The position numbers were made by a program, and so were the translations under genes. From Selaginella moellendorffii (Eukaryota; Plantae; Lycopodiophyta): a DNA stretch of 64,000 nt. The notes beneath the pieces are model-generated. The model searched no databases and was not told the origin of the DNA. It worked only from the letters and a program-made list of their open reading frames with translations. Shown one piece after another: positions 25,760-37,832 of the stretch (its first letter is position 1; each line of letters starts with the position of its first letter). The DNA is taken from positions 343,477 through 407,476 of the forward strand of contig NW_003314359.1 in NCBI RefSeq assembly GCF_000143415.4, written 5' to 3'.

Positions 25760-27092
25760 ATGGAGGCCTCGATGCGCAACATTTTCGAGGCGGCCGGGTA
25801 CATCGCGCTGGAAATCAGTGAAATCGTGGTGCCTGGTAACGATAATCTCTGTTGTCTTGTAGATTTCGATCGTATTCCGTCCGCTAGAGAGCGTGATGCT
25901 CAACTTCTCGTCCCTGTGAAGAAGAGGAAGAGAGGCCAATGTTCTGGCAGTGGTAGCACCAGCAGCGGCAGCGATGGAAGCTGTATTACGAGTGATACAG
26001 CCCAAAATGCCAACAAGGTCATCGATTTCTTGATGCTAATGCTGGAAATTCTCTAATGCTTTGTTTATCAGAGGCTCCGTCTGGACCATGTGGAGGCATT
26101 GCTTCATCTAGAAGCGAAGCAGACGCTTCTATGGGGATATTTGGATGATACATGTTGCTTGGACTCCGTAGCGAGAGGATCTATCGTCGTAAAGTTCTTC
26201 CAGGTACTTTAATGTAATTTCTAAAACTTTTTCTTTCTACTCATCTAGCTCCATTCAGTGCATGGCAGTACACAACGAGACAGTTTTTCTCGCAACGACG
26301 TTTTTGGATATGCTTTTACTGGCTATGAAGAATTGCATCGCGAAGAGCGTACTTGGGATATTTGCCGTTGCGTGCATGGCCGTGGCCATGAAATATGAAG
26401 AGAACAAGGCGAAGTTCTCGTGAGTAATCCTGTGACTTGACTCGGTGTTTAATGTTTTGGTTAAATCAGGCCTGTTCTTCAGCTCAGCGAGCTCTTTCGC
26501 TATAAGATCCATGACGTTCTTACTGCCGAACGCGTTTTACTGGAGGCGATTTGCTACAAGTGTGAAGTGCCAACTGCAATGATCTTTCTAAGGTTTGGTT
26601 TTTGGAGTCAATTCTCTTTTATGCAATGTACTCCGCTGTGAAGGTATTATCTTGAAGGCGTCAACGCGAGCACCAAAATCGCTAGAACTGCAGAGTTCCT
26701 GGCGTGTCTCTCACTCACCGAATACGAAATGCTCAGATTTAGGCCTGCAGCATTAGCCGTGTCCTCGATCACCCTGGCCTTTCGCTTAGAGGGAATAGAT
26801 GCTAATGTGAGGGAGCTCTTAAAGGTATGTATCAACGGTATTTGGTTCGTGTTTCTCATATGCCTGCGTTTACAGAGGAATACAGGCGTCCAATTCATCG
26901 CAAGAGCCTCGGAATGCTGTATCCAGGTAGTCTTGTTGCCAGCAATCTTGTTGCCTCTTCTTTGACACTTGCGATATGCAGGAACTCCTTAAGCTTTACA
27001 GATTTGTCCTCGTTGACAGTCCGAAGGCCTGCCATCTTGTGAGGATGTTGAAAACGAGATGCAATATCCAGTGGAATCTCAAGCATCACTGA
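25760..27092 (+). CDS. Divergent cyclin (possibly SDS-like), multi-exon
   Basis: Cyclin-box exon ETVFLATTFLD...IFAVACMAVAMKYEEN (about 26280-26405) and C-box EYEMLRFRPAALAVSSI. Exon boundaries are approximate. Confidence 0.7.
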
Positions 27093-27142
27093 GCTAGAAG
27101 GTTCAGTTTTTCCTTTCCAGTAAATGTACAGGTCGTCCTAGG

Positions 27143-28435
27143 CTAACATCTCCATGCCATCCTTGGTTTGGACTCGGCAAAGAGGCCCTTCCAATTGGTT
27201 ATCCTCTGAATCTTGTCCGGTCCGAGTTTCTCAGCAGCCTTGGACAACAACTCAGCTCCGCAGGGCTTCTGGTTTCTTGAAGGCTCGCCGCAAAGAGGTG
27301 TAGTTGACACAGATGCTGGTGTTTCGGAACCGTTTGAGCTTAACTTGCCACTGAGATTGGACCTGGATGTGCTGGCACAGGGACGAGCAGGAGACCGAGG
27401 TGTCTGGATGCCGCCTGTTGTTGCCACTCCAGGTGCTGTCCTTACATCAGTAACGGTTGGGGTCCTCGGTGTTTGGTCAGTACCAGTTTTGCCAATGGTT
27501 CTCATCGTTTGAGCATCATTTGCAGTGTTTGGTCTAGAAGACTTCGGTGTTGGTGGAGCAGCACGGTCGGACCGAGGAGTGGGACAGGAACTCTCCGGTA
27601 GCCTTGCGCTCATTGGAGCCGACGGCTTTGTTTCTGGGAGAGAAGAAGCAGTCTTCGGGCGAGCAGTCGTATCTCCATAGCTTATACCCGCGTCGGACCT
27701 CGCAGTACTACAACCGGTATTCACCAAAGCTTCGCCCATTGGTGCTGATTTGTCGGGTGCTCTTGCAGAATTCGGCATGGAAGGCGGCTGCGGCTTCTCC
27801 AGGAACATCCGTCTTCTCTCCGCTATCGCATTGACCAGGACCGCCGGGCTTACATGCTGCGGGAAGACGACCGTGGGTGCGGTCTTCGGACGATGTGGCA
27901 GCATGTAAGTCAAGATGGTCGGCTCAGCTCGCTCGTCAAACGCACCAGTGGCGTCAGTGGCCTTTATCCCGTAGTGAGGCAAGACGGCGTCCTGTCCATC
28001 CTTTCCCAGGTGTGCGGGAGGCACATACCTCAGGTACTCGGTGATGCTCGTTGCTTTGTTCCCGTGATAAGGTGACGCTTCTGTTGTTATCAGAGGTCCC
28101 GTCCGCGGCTTTCCCATGTGCGAGATGTACTCGGTGACGGACGTCACCTTCCTGTTGTGGAACGGGTCCGGGGCGTTGAGCAGATTGGGATGCAACGCGT
28201 GCAGCGGGACCAGGTGCCGCTGTGTTTCGGTAATGTCGGTGCACTTTTGGCCGAAGTACTCGTCGTAGTCTGGAATGACTCTCTTTGATTCTCTGAGCAG
28301 GAACTGGCGCCGGCGGTGGGGGAAGTCAGATATCGTCCATGGCCGGATGTGCAAAGGTCCTCCAGTCTTTGGTATAGGCGGCTTCCTCGGGCACGGGCAA
28401 TTCCGGGTATGCTTCCTGGTCCTGATATGACCCAT
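27143..28435 (-). CDS. Uncharacterised 430-aa protein with TxxxEY/F repeats and RPxTA motifs
   Basis: Intronless ATG-initiated ORF with a TATA-like site upstream (about 28480). Internal repeats TSVTEYISH/TSITEYLRY; RPKTA twice and RPNTA. Confidence 0.6.
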   Translation of the reverse strand: MGHIRTRKHTRNCPCPRKPPIPKTGGPLHIRPWTISDFPHRRRQFLLRESKRVIPDYDEYFGQKCTDITETQRHLVPLHALHPNLLNAPDPFHNRKVTSVTEYISHMGKPRTGPLITTEASPYHGNKATSITEYLRYVPPAHLGKDGQDAVLPHYGIKATDATGAFDERAEPTILTYMLPHRPKTAPTVVFPQHVSPAVLVNAIAERRRMFLEKPQPPSMPNSARAPDKSAPMGEALVNTGCSTARSDAGISYGDTTARPKTASSLPETKPSAPMSARLPESSCPTPRSDRAAPPTPKSSRPNTANDAQTMRTIGKTGTDQTPRTPTVTDVRTAPGVATTGGIQTPRSPARPCASTSRSNLSGKLSSNGSETPASVSTTPLCGEPSRNQKPCGAELLSKAAEKLGPDKIQRITNWKGLFAESKPRMAWRC

Positions 28436-30018
28436 TAGGCTTCATCACCGGCCGAGGCGAGAGAGCTCGCTCCAGCCCTTATATACACAATGCAGGACTG
28501 GGGGTTTCAGCTGAAGTAGTTATTCATTGGGCTGCCGTTTGGACTTCTACCACGTGGAGACGGTTACAGAGACGAGAGGCCCTGTGTATATTTTCCGGCT
28601 ATTACTCAGAAAGGACGAGGTCAGTATAAATGCCGCTTTTTTTCTTTCCATCCATCCATCCATCCATCGTCTTCTTGTTTTCGTAGTGGATGTGTAGGTA
28701 CCACATTCCGGGGCGTAAAAGGCCGGCCAGCTAATGCAAGCAAGCGGGGAGGGCTCACTTTCTTGACTTAATGCCAACTCCAGATTTGGTTTTGACTTGT
28801 GGCGATTGCTCCTCTTGCAGGCAGGTTGTGTGGTACCACCAGCAGCAGTTATTCTTTTGTGCACGTGAGCGTATCCAGGTGCGTTGTTTTATGCTCCCAA
28901 GCAAAGGGGAAGCTAGCGGACAAGCAGGACCCACCTATATCTGGGGAGGAAGGTCCGGTCAGAGCGACGTGCGCGGGATAGAACACATCAACGCAGTCAA
29001 GGAGGTTGCGGCGGCGGCGGCGAGTTGCGCAAGATTCCTGGACGTGCATAGGTACGAAGGATTACACACGCACATCGCTTTCACCGCAGGCCGCTAATCA
29101 TCGTCATCTTTATCCTTTCCACTGGCATATATCCGTGTACTTCCTTTTTCGTGTACTAAAGTGGGTGTCTCTGTGTGTGGATCCAGGGGAAGCCAACCAG
29201 GTGCCGAGCGCTCACTATAAAAAAAAGTGACTTTGTCTTCGCTGGACGACACAGACGGCTCCACAAAATCTGCTGGTTTGACAGTTAATGGGGGTATGTT
29301 TTTATTTTTCTTTGTCAACTGCGCAGCTAACTGTCATCGGCCAGAGAAAAGGTATACATTTAAAATCCAGAGCCTCTTCGTGCAAGGATAATGACAACGG
29401 CCCGACCACTCCATCACGTATCGTGGAAAGGTTTGAAGTTTATATAGAACTGTCCTAAGACAGAGATTGTGTCTTTGCAGGTAGGAATCACCACAAAGAA
29501 AGACTTCTTTCTATCATTTTGTACGTTTAGTAGTATCACCCTGAGGTCCCACCCCGCACCTTACGTGCACAACCGGTACTTTTGCAACTCTTCGCTTTCA
29601 CCGCAGGCACGTAATCATCGGAATCTAAGTTGTACGCCCTTGTTATGCATGCGTATCTTCTTTCTCTCTGCAGCGACCAGCGCCACTGGCCGGCTCGTTT
29701 CTACAAGGTACCTTTGCTCGTTAAATCTCTCAGATCTTTGCATTATTGTCACCTGCCTCAACGGGACAAAGAAAGGATATATATTTTTCCCCTACCTAGG
29801 CAAGCGAAGGAAATTATTCGCAGGCAGATCATAAATCGTAACGAGTTATCACAAGCTCAGCCGGCCACCAGCGATCCACCTACGTAAGTCCTTGAAACAC
29901 AAAACACAGAACATAAGACGCAGCGGAACTAATCGTATATAACAGAGCTCGCGGCCGAGAAGTAACTACCTACAGATAAACCAAAAACTTAGTGAAGAGG
30001 GAGCGAGTACCTCTATGA

Positions 30019-33000
30019 TCACGATACGTCCCCGTAGAACACCACCGTTCTCGGTCCTCCTCCCGATCCACCACCACCACCTGACTTGGTAAGCTTCTTC
30101 TTCCCGGCCCTGTTCGTGTTCGCTGTGCTGGTGAAACTAATCCTTTCAAAAACGCTTTTCACTATTTTACATTGGTTGTTGTTTTGAGCTCCAGGTCCGC
30201 CACCACCACCATTCACCGCCTGCCCGGCTTTCATCTTCTTCCTTTTCCCCCTGCTCATGGCGAGATTCCCAGCCTGCTGCTGCAAGAGTGCTCGCTGCTT
30301 TGCAAGCAACCTCCTCCTCTTCATGGGAAGAGACACTTCCATTTCCTCGTCTTCCTCATTGCCATCCATACCATTATCGTCCTCATCAAACTCATCATAC
30401 TCGCCACCACCACCACCAACTTCTTCTTCTTCTTCTTCCAACAGAGCCATCCTCTGGCGAGCCATTGCCTTCGCCCTGGGCCCCAGTGCCCGCTGCCGCT
30501 TTCTCGGCATGCACGACTTGGAAGTCCTGTGCACGATCCACTGCTCATCCTCCTCCTCCTCCTCCTCGTCCAAGCACCTCTGCCGCTGGAGACCATCTGG
30601 TCTCGCAAACACTGCCCTCCTCTGGACAGTCACAGGCACCTCATCCTCATCCTCCTCGTCGTCGGCTCCGGCTCTCACTAGCATCAAGCTCTTCTTTCGT
30701 TGCATCCTCTGTTGGAGCGCCACCACGGGCCTCTGCCTCGTCTCCTCCTCTTCAATATACCGCCTGTCCTCCAACACGTCGTCCAGGAGCTCCGCCGACG
30801 CCCCTCTCGCGGCCCGGAGAACAGACTTCGTCCTCCTGGCTGGAACCTCCATCCCATCAAAAATGCCGTCCACCACGCCGCCACCGGGCCTCCGCATCAC
30901 ACCAAACGACTCGCGCTGAGCCATCCTCGCCACCATTTTCTTCCTCACCACTGGAGGACGCCTCAGACCATCCTCATCGTCGTCAATGTACGTAGGCCTC
31001 ACCACCATCGCCTTTGAAGGAGCTACGTAGCGCTCTTCTGGCGCTCTGCCAACAAGCCTGACATCATCGTCGTAAAGATCCCTGGCCATCATTTCCCGCT
31101 CCCTCCGGGGGGACAAGTCGACAAACCCCCTGCTGCTGCCGCCGTGCCACTCCCTGACCGACATGGAGGCACTCTCCCTCACAACTTCCTTGGCCGAGAA
31201 CTTCTCCACCTTGGAAACGCCGTAGCGTCGGCACCGCTGTGGACTCCACCGGCTTGTATCCATCTCCCTGTGAGGAGGCGGCCTCCTGTTGATACCCGCG
31301 CTCCGGAGAGGACGAGGGCTCTTGCTCCTGGACCGTAGTCTCGGGCTCAGCTGGTGGTGGTCGTGGTGGTGGTGGCTTCTCGCCACAGGACTCTGGCGAC
31401 GCCTGGCGGGGCTGCTTCTCCTGGCCGGACTCATGCTTCTGCGAGGCCTGGATTTGGGTGGACTCGTGCTCTCTCGCCTGGGAGGACTGCTACTTTGGAG
31501 CCTCTGCCTATCCGGGCTCCTCCTCCGGCGCGGGGGGCTCTTGCTCCGTGGCTTGTAGGCGCGACCGTGACGTCCGCCTCGTCGATCGGGCATCTGCTCA
31601 TAAGTATTAATAGGTACAAATGCCGAGCTTGTTAGTTACTTACCTGGTAAAATCCCTCGCCACGGACACGGTTTCTGCGTGAAAAGAGTGAGGACGAGCT
31701 CGCAGCTTTAAGAAAGAGCAAACCTGTTCGTGTGTCCGCGGTTGCGTTGGATGTCGGCCTTTCTTGCCTCGAACTCTTCCCGCGACAGCGGCCTGTTGGA
31801 CGATTTTGGCCCCGGAAAGCTGGCATTTGGAAGCACAGAGCTGTTAAGTCGAAGGCGGGAACCAATGTAAGACTTACGGCTGAAAGGGAAATTGTGCGGG
31901 CGCCGGAAAGCATCCGGGAAAGTAGCCAGCGTAGCCATAAGGAGGAGGCCTACAAGCAGGATCCCCAATCATATGGGACGCCGACCAGTATCCTGCGTAC
32001 TGCACGGCAAAAGGATTCCCACGACCGTCGGAGCGTTGCTTTGGTATCACCTGCCGATCATCTGACAACGACAAGACACGCTGTCAAAAGCGAGCACAAA
32101 CATTCCCAGTAGATACCAGAGCGTTTCGAAGGTTCAACGCCCTCCACCTCCATTTTAGTCTCTGCATGCATCAACCATCACTGTGTTACAAAGTCCGTAC
32201 TGAAGGAAGCAAAATATATCGTACCAGGCTGGTCATGGATCTCTTCCTTCGATTTTACCGCGACATCAGGGGACCTTTTGTCCTCGACAGCTTCAGCAAG
32301 GGCTTTCGTAGCATCCGACTCCGGAGTCTTCTCAGACTGCTCTCCGTCTATGTCCAAATCGTCAATATTCAGATCATCAAAACCTTCCTCGTCGTAATCC
32401 ACCTCCTCCACGTCTTCGAACTCATCTTTCCCTTCGTCAGCTTTTCCATCAGCAACAGCAACATGCGTTGTCGTCGAATCTGCAGAAGCTGTATAAAGTA
32501 CGTAAAACAGCCTGAGCAACAAAGGTAGGACAAAGCAACCTTGCGATTGAGGCTTTTCAGCTTTCGTGGTGTTCACCAAAGGCAAAGCTGCCCCTGACAG
32601 CAGCCGATCAACAGTCTCGCGCAATGTCTTGTTAGGTAGCAGATCGTCAGCTCGAATGTTTTTGGCTCCACATACACACGTGGTCTTCTCCAAAAGCACG
32701 TTACGAATGCCTAGTGAACAAACATAAAACATAAAAAACACAATGACCATCAGAAACAAACTTACATGTATCGCAATAACTCTTAAAGCAGCATTTGCTA
32801 GTAAGAACCGCGTCTTTGAGAGCATTTTGACATAAAGGGCAGCGAAGTTCAGAAGGTACGTCCGTAATAGGTTCGCTAGGAATAACTCCCTCAATCTCCT
32901 TTGCAAAAGCATCCCTGAAGCAAGCAAATTAGCAGAAGTGCATAGTAGACAATTCAAGGCACGAACTCGTTTGGTTGCATTGCTGCCGCTTCACCGGTTG

Positions 33001-33885
33001 GTAAGGCATAAGACCCATCAGGATTTGCGACGAGCATCGTCCTAGGAATCCCGCTCGGCATCTTCATTTTCTTCACGTCATATGAAGGATCGCCGTTCGT
33101 TGGACAATGCTGAATAAAATGGCCTGACCACAACAAACAATGTTTCCAGTATTTACTACGCATGAGCTTTTTACTACCTGCAACTCCACAGCGATGGCAA
33201 ATGTACCCCTGGTGTGGAACCTTCTTTTGAAAACTAGATCCTATAGAACTAAACCATGAGTAAAATCACAAAGAAAAACCAAAAAACTAAACAAACTGCA
33301 AACCTGAACCACCCGGTCCTTGATTTTCATTGGTCTGTCTGCAAATTCTGGCTGCCTTTAGACTTGCTAAAAACGGAGAGCATTCAATAAAAAACTGACC
33401 GAAGCCATTCTGCAGCAGAGGAGTCTACGAACTCCTTTATCCTGTCGTCCTCCTCGGATGTAATACAGACTGGACTAGTTTTGCCAGCCCTGAAAAAGAA
33501 GGAAAATAAAAAGTTTAGAAAAGAAAAAAGAGAAAGAAACGAGCAACCACAAACAACTTACTCGGTAGCAGCTTCCTGCACGATCGCCTTTCGAGGAACT
33601 CTCCTTACAAGAACGGACGTATTCTCCCAGAGCATAAACTCTTCATCCAAGTATTCTGGTATCAAAAAGAATATCAAAACAGGGGGCCAAGAAGATAGAA
33701 AAATCCAAACCTTCATCCGTGTCGGGCTTGGAAACCACCAAATCGAAATCCGACGACGCATTGCCCAGCTTGAGCTTGAGCAAAATCTTTTCCTTGAGCT
33801 TGCCAATGGAGATGCAATGCTCATCGATAGGCACCGAGTCGAAGTCCTTGGCGCTCTTAAACTTGTAATGCACCGCCATTGCCAT
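30019..33885 (-). CDS. RBBP6: RBBP6/Mpe1-like E3 ligase (DWNN, zinc knuckle, RING-like, RS-rich tail)
   Basis: MAVHYKFKSAKDFD...NTSVLVRRVP (DWNN); GYICHRCGVAGHFIQHCPTNGDP (knuckle); CVCG...LLPNKTLRETV (RING end); RS/acidic last exon 30019-31593. Confidence 0.85.
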
Positions 33886-34870
33886 TCCAATTCGCCAGGA
33901 AATCACTCACAGGGATGAGCGCGGCAGCAAAGAATCGATCGATACCGCGCCTTGGCTGAAAGAATGCGTGGGAGCGCCCAGCGATGAGCGCCCCGGCGCA
34001 ACCCCAAACCCTAGCTCTGCCACACCTAGGGCTCGCCCCCAACAACGCAACGAAGAAACAAACTCGTCCACAGCAGACATAGATATCTGAAGATATTTCC
34101 AGGGTTTAGGATCGCACGGCCAAGATTCAAGGCCGACTCTAGGGTTTAAGCTCAGGATATTCGCTTTGATCGAGCGGCTGAGATTTGAGATGCCCGATTC
34201 TCAAAGCATAAACCATAATCGAACGGCCGAGGCTTAAGTCTCTCTTAAAACAAGCGGCGGAGAACAATTGTCTTTATGCTTTTCACCTTTTCCTAACCGA
34301 GTTCTTACTTTTTTCGAGTTTACCGCGTATTAAATAACAGGTTACCAACGTAAACCTGGGCGTTATATAGCTACCAAATAGAACACCACACACACACCAC
34401 ACACACAGAAACACACATTTTCTTTGTAATTATCTTCTCTGTGAGTAGCCGGTGGAAAAGCTTATAGGTCACTGGCACAGGCCGGTGGATCGCCAGTCAC
34501 TATTGCACGAGCACGAGAATTTTCTCGCCGCGCGTGCTCGAGGAGCGCATGGCGACGATCATTCACCGGTCGATCGTGATCACCAGGAGGAGGAGGATCC
34601 GGTGCTGAAGATTCCTCGCGAAATCATCGCTTCCCTGGATTGAGATTTTCGGCTCGATTCGGTAAGCGCCGTTGCTATCTTCTTGGCTGGATGCATGGAG
34701 CCCTAATCCCTTCTCGTGTTCTTCCCTAGAGAGAAGAGCTTCTCTCAGAAGTATCAACCAATTCACGGTCGATACGATCGATCCAGCTCGAAATATCGAC
34801 CAATTCCGGTGAATCGCGAGGGATTTCAAGGGAAATTCGGTGAATCGGGAGGGATTTCAAGGGATTTCCT

Positions 34871-35419
34871 ATGGGATCCCGGCCCAAGATCGTCATGGCG
34901 CCCTCTCCACGGAGGGCGCCCAAAGTGGTACCGGACAAGAAGAGGCCGCTGGAGATTCACATCATCTCCGCCCAGAGGCTGTCCAAGGTGTCATACTTCC
35001 AGCGGACGCGAGCCTACGCGGTGGCATGGATCGATTCACAGCACGAAACCAAGCTCTCGACGCCCGTGGACAGGAAGGGCGGGCGCAACCCGAGCTGGAA
35101 CGCGATCCTCACATTCTACGTGGACACGGACGATCTGGTGGAGCGCCACGGCATCAACGCGGGCATGACAATCGAGATCTACACCAAGGCGTGGGTGCGA
35201 GACAAGCTGATTGGCAGCGTGCGCGTGCTCATCGCGGATCTCGTCAAGGGAATGCGCGAGAGCAAAGGTCTGTGCTTGAGCTTCATGGTGATCCGGCCAT
35301 CGGGCTTGCGCAAAGGGTTGCTCAATTTGGGAGTGAGGCCCGAAAGGCTCTACTACGATGATGACATCGTCGTCTACCAGCCGCCTCCCCCTCCACAGCC
35401 CGGGGCAGCGAGGGGGTGA
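34871..35419 (+). CDS. C2-domain protein (SRC2-like)
   Basis: LEIHIISAQRL...YAVAWID...TPVDRKGGRNPSWN...DKLIGSVRV...RPSG..KGLLN. Confidence 0.88.
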   Translation: MGSRPKIVMAPSPRRAPKVVPDKKRPLEIHIISAQRLSKVSYFQRTRAYAVAWIDSQHETKLSTPVDRKGGRNPSWNAILTFYVDTDDLVERHGINAGMTIEIYTKAWVRDKLIGSVRVLIADLVKGMRESKGLCLSFMVIRPSGLRKGLLNLGVRPERLYYDDDIVVYQPPPPPQPGAARG

Positions 35420-37832
35420 CTTGCTCGATCGATGGAGCAATCTATAAAATGCTTAGAGAGATAAATACAAATTAAAAAATTTGTGGATAATCTTAAAATA
35501 TTCAGCTATATTCCTGAATATTCTTTAATCTATTTTGATTTGCTTCATTGTTTTGTACAAAAATGTTTAAAGTTTGTAAATCTAACATTTAAGCTGACCA
35601 TAGATAATTGTTTTGTACAGAATGTTTAAAGTTTGTAAATCTAACATTTAAGCTGAACATAAATAATTTGATCCATACATGGAGAGAAAATTGAAAACTT
35701 TTCTTGGTTGGATCATTGGTCTCTTTAAAACTTGAATTCATCTGGCACCAATTTCTACCTGTCATTAGAAGAGGGTTAGTGAAGATTTTTTTTTTTGCTC
35801 TTTGTTGGTTTCATGCATAATGAAACCTTTTATTGAGGCTCATTTGCTAGTTTCATGCTTTAACAAAACTTAGCTCAAAGTTGGTTTTTTTGGAGAATAA
35901 AAGCCCTATTCAACTGGAGGAGGCTTAATTTGATCTTTCATCTGCTTAGAAATATGCTAGTTTTTATGATATGAAGTCATGTTAGTAAAATACTTGATAA
36001 ATAGATCTAATATAGGAACATTATTGCATTATAAAAATCATATTTTTAATTGTGGAATATAATTAAAACCAACATGCAAAAATTATAATCTCTCAGACTT
36101 GATTCCTTAATAATGTTGCTTGAACAATCCTTAAATCTGAAGTGTCTAATTTATACCTATTGAAATATGTTAGATCAATAAATTTGTTAAACATGGTTAT
36201 ACCTGTTCCAAGGGATGTGGATCTAGACTCAATATGATGGCAAAGACCATAGCCACTTTTATTTTAGATTTAGTCTTGCTTTGGATGAGGGAGAGTTTCA
36301 TTAAGTATCTTGAGTTTATATTACTCCCTATAGGACATTAGGGAACACGTTCATCAAGTGTGTAAATTATTTTTTGGATCTGTTCAAACAAGAATGAAGA
36401 CTGCACTCATATGATGATGACAATGGCTAGAATTATCAATGTTGACTCTTACAAGAATGAAAACAAAGAAGATACCCTCATTAATAACAATGGGAACATA
36501 TAATAGCTCTTGTCCATCTCCAATGAACCTCCTTTTAGTTTCTATCGTCTAAACACAGTAACCAAACTTTCTACCACTCCTCTAGCTTCTCCAACTTCCC
36601 CCTATCTCAAAGGATAGCATGGTGTAGTTTTATTGTAGCTAGCATAAATCTCCACCACTTTGCCATTATCATTGATACTCTAGTCCGGATCCCGTTAAAG
36701 TGAGCTCGATTACATGCTTCCCACAAGGCCTAAACCCTTGTCGCACACCATATTGCCCATCTAGCTTGACCAAAAGCCTCCTACACAAGAACCCCTAACT
36801 CTACAATTTACATAATTGAACTCTAATATCATTTAGTGTGGTTGGAGTTTTTAATATTATTTATTGAATCTGTAAATGTTGATCAAGTTAACATTGAATA
36901 TCTAGCTATATGATGGAATCAAACCTTTAAATAGTGATTGTGGTTGAAGGAGTCTATGATCCATCTTGAGTAATTGTTGATGATTTTAGTTTCAACAAGA
37001 GTTTGAATTTCATCAATACAATTTGTAAAGCTGGTTCTTCATAGTTTAGGGTGCTCTTTAACACAAATCCCCCTCTTAAAAGCTTCTTTAGCTCAAAAAT
37101 TGATAATCTTGGCCCTTTCACAACTCATGGCATTGCTCTTGCTCGGGCCACTCTTGGTTGTAGTGTTCATAGTGATTTGGGATGTTGTTGGTGTCAGCAT
37201 CAAGAGCTGAATTTATGGAGATACTAGAGGTTGCTCCTGTTGGGTCGAGTTCGTGTTATGCTCCTGTAGTAGTGGTGATTGAAGATTTGGAACTTCCTTC
37301 TTAGCATCATTCAGTGAGGTAGTTATATGTTTAGGATCTAGTTTTTGAGCATTCTCTTAAGTTTCCTTGCTTTGAACTTTGCCATCTTTGTTGTTGTTGG
37401 TTCTCTTAAGAGTTTTTTTGCCCTTGTGTGTAAATGTTTGTTTGGCCTTATGCAAGGGTGTGTCATCTTAGCTGATGTTCTTCATCTCTTTGCTAGTAAA
37501 GTTAATGTTGGTGATGACTTTGCTTTTTCATCTTCTTTCTCCCTTGCTTCGTCATTTTCTTCCCTTTTGTCATTGTTGAAGAGGAGGATCAAATCTACTC
37601 CTCTTTTTGAAGCATATTCCCTTTTGCTTCATGTTGTCTCTGTGTTTATGGCTTCATTTAGTCTTTTGTTGCTATCATCTATTGTAGGAGTAGATGGTAG
37701 TGTTGAGCTTTGGGACAAGTGTTGTGATGTAAAGAAGTGTAAGTGTTTTACATTTGAGGCCATCTAGAAGCATCATTATTGTGATTTGGAGTTTCTTGTT
37801 GAGCTTATTGCAAAGATAACTTGTGATGTCGA

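Noticed and set aside
28547-29900. Short ORFs and a duplicated TCGCTTTCACCGCAGGC..TAATCATCG motif (about 29073, 29591)
   Set aside because: No consistent exon chain or domain could be built; function unsupported.
35450-37830. AT-rich tract with a 140-aa ORF; similar tracts at 42600-43180 and 58864-59870
   Set aside because: Probably heavily decayed older repeat(s) hosting the nest, but I could not find termini or motifs to classify them.
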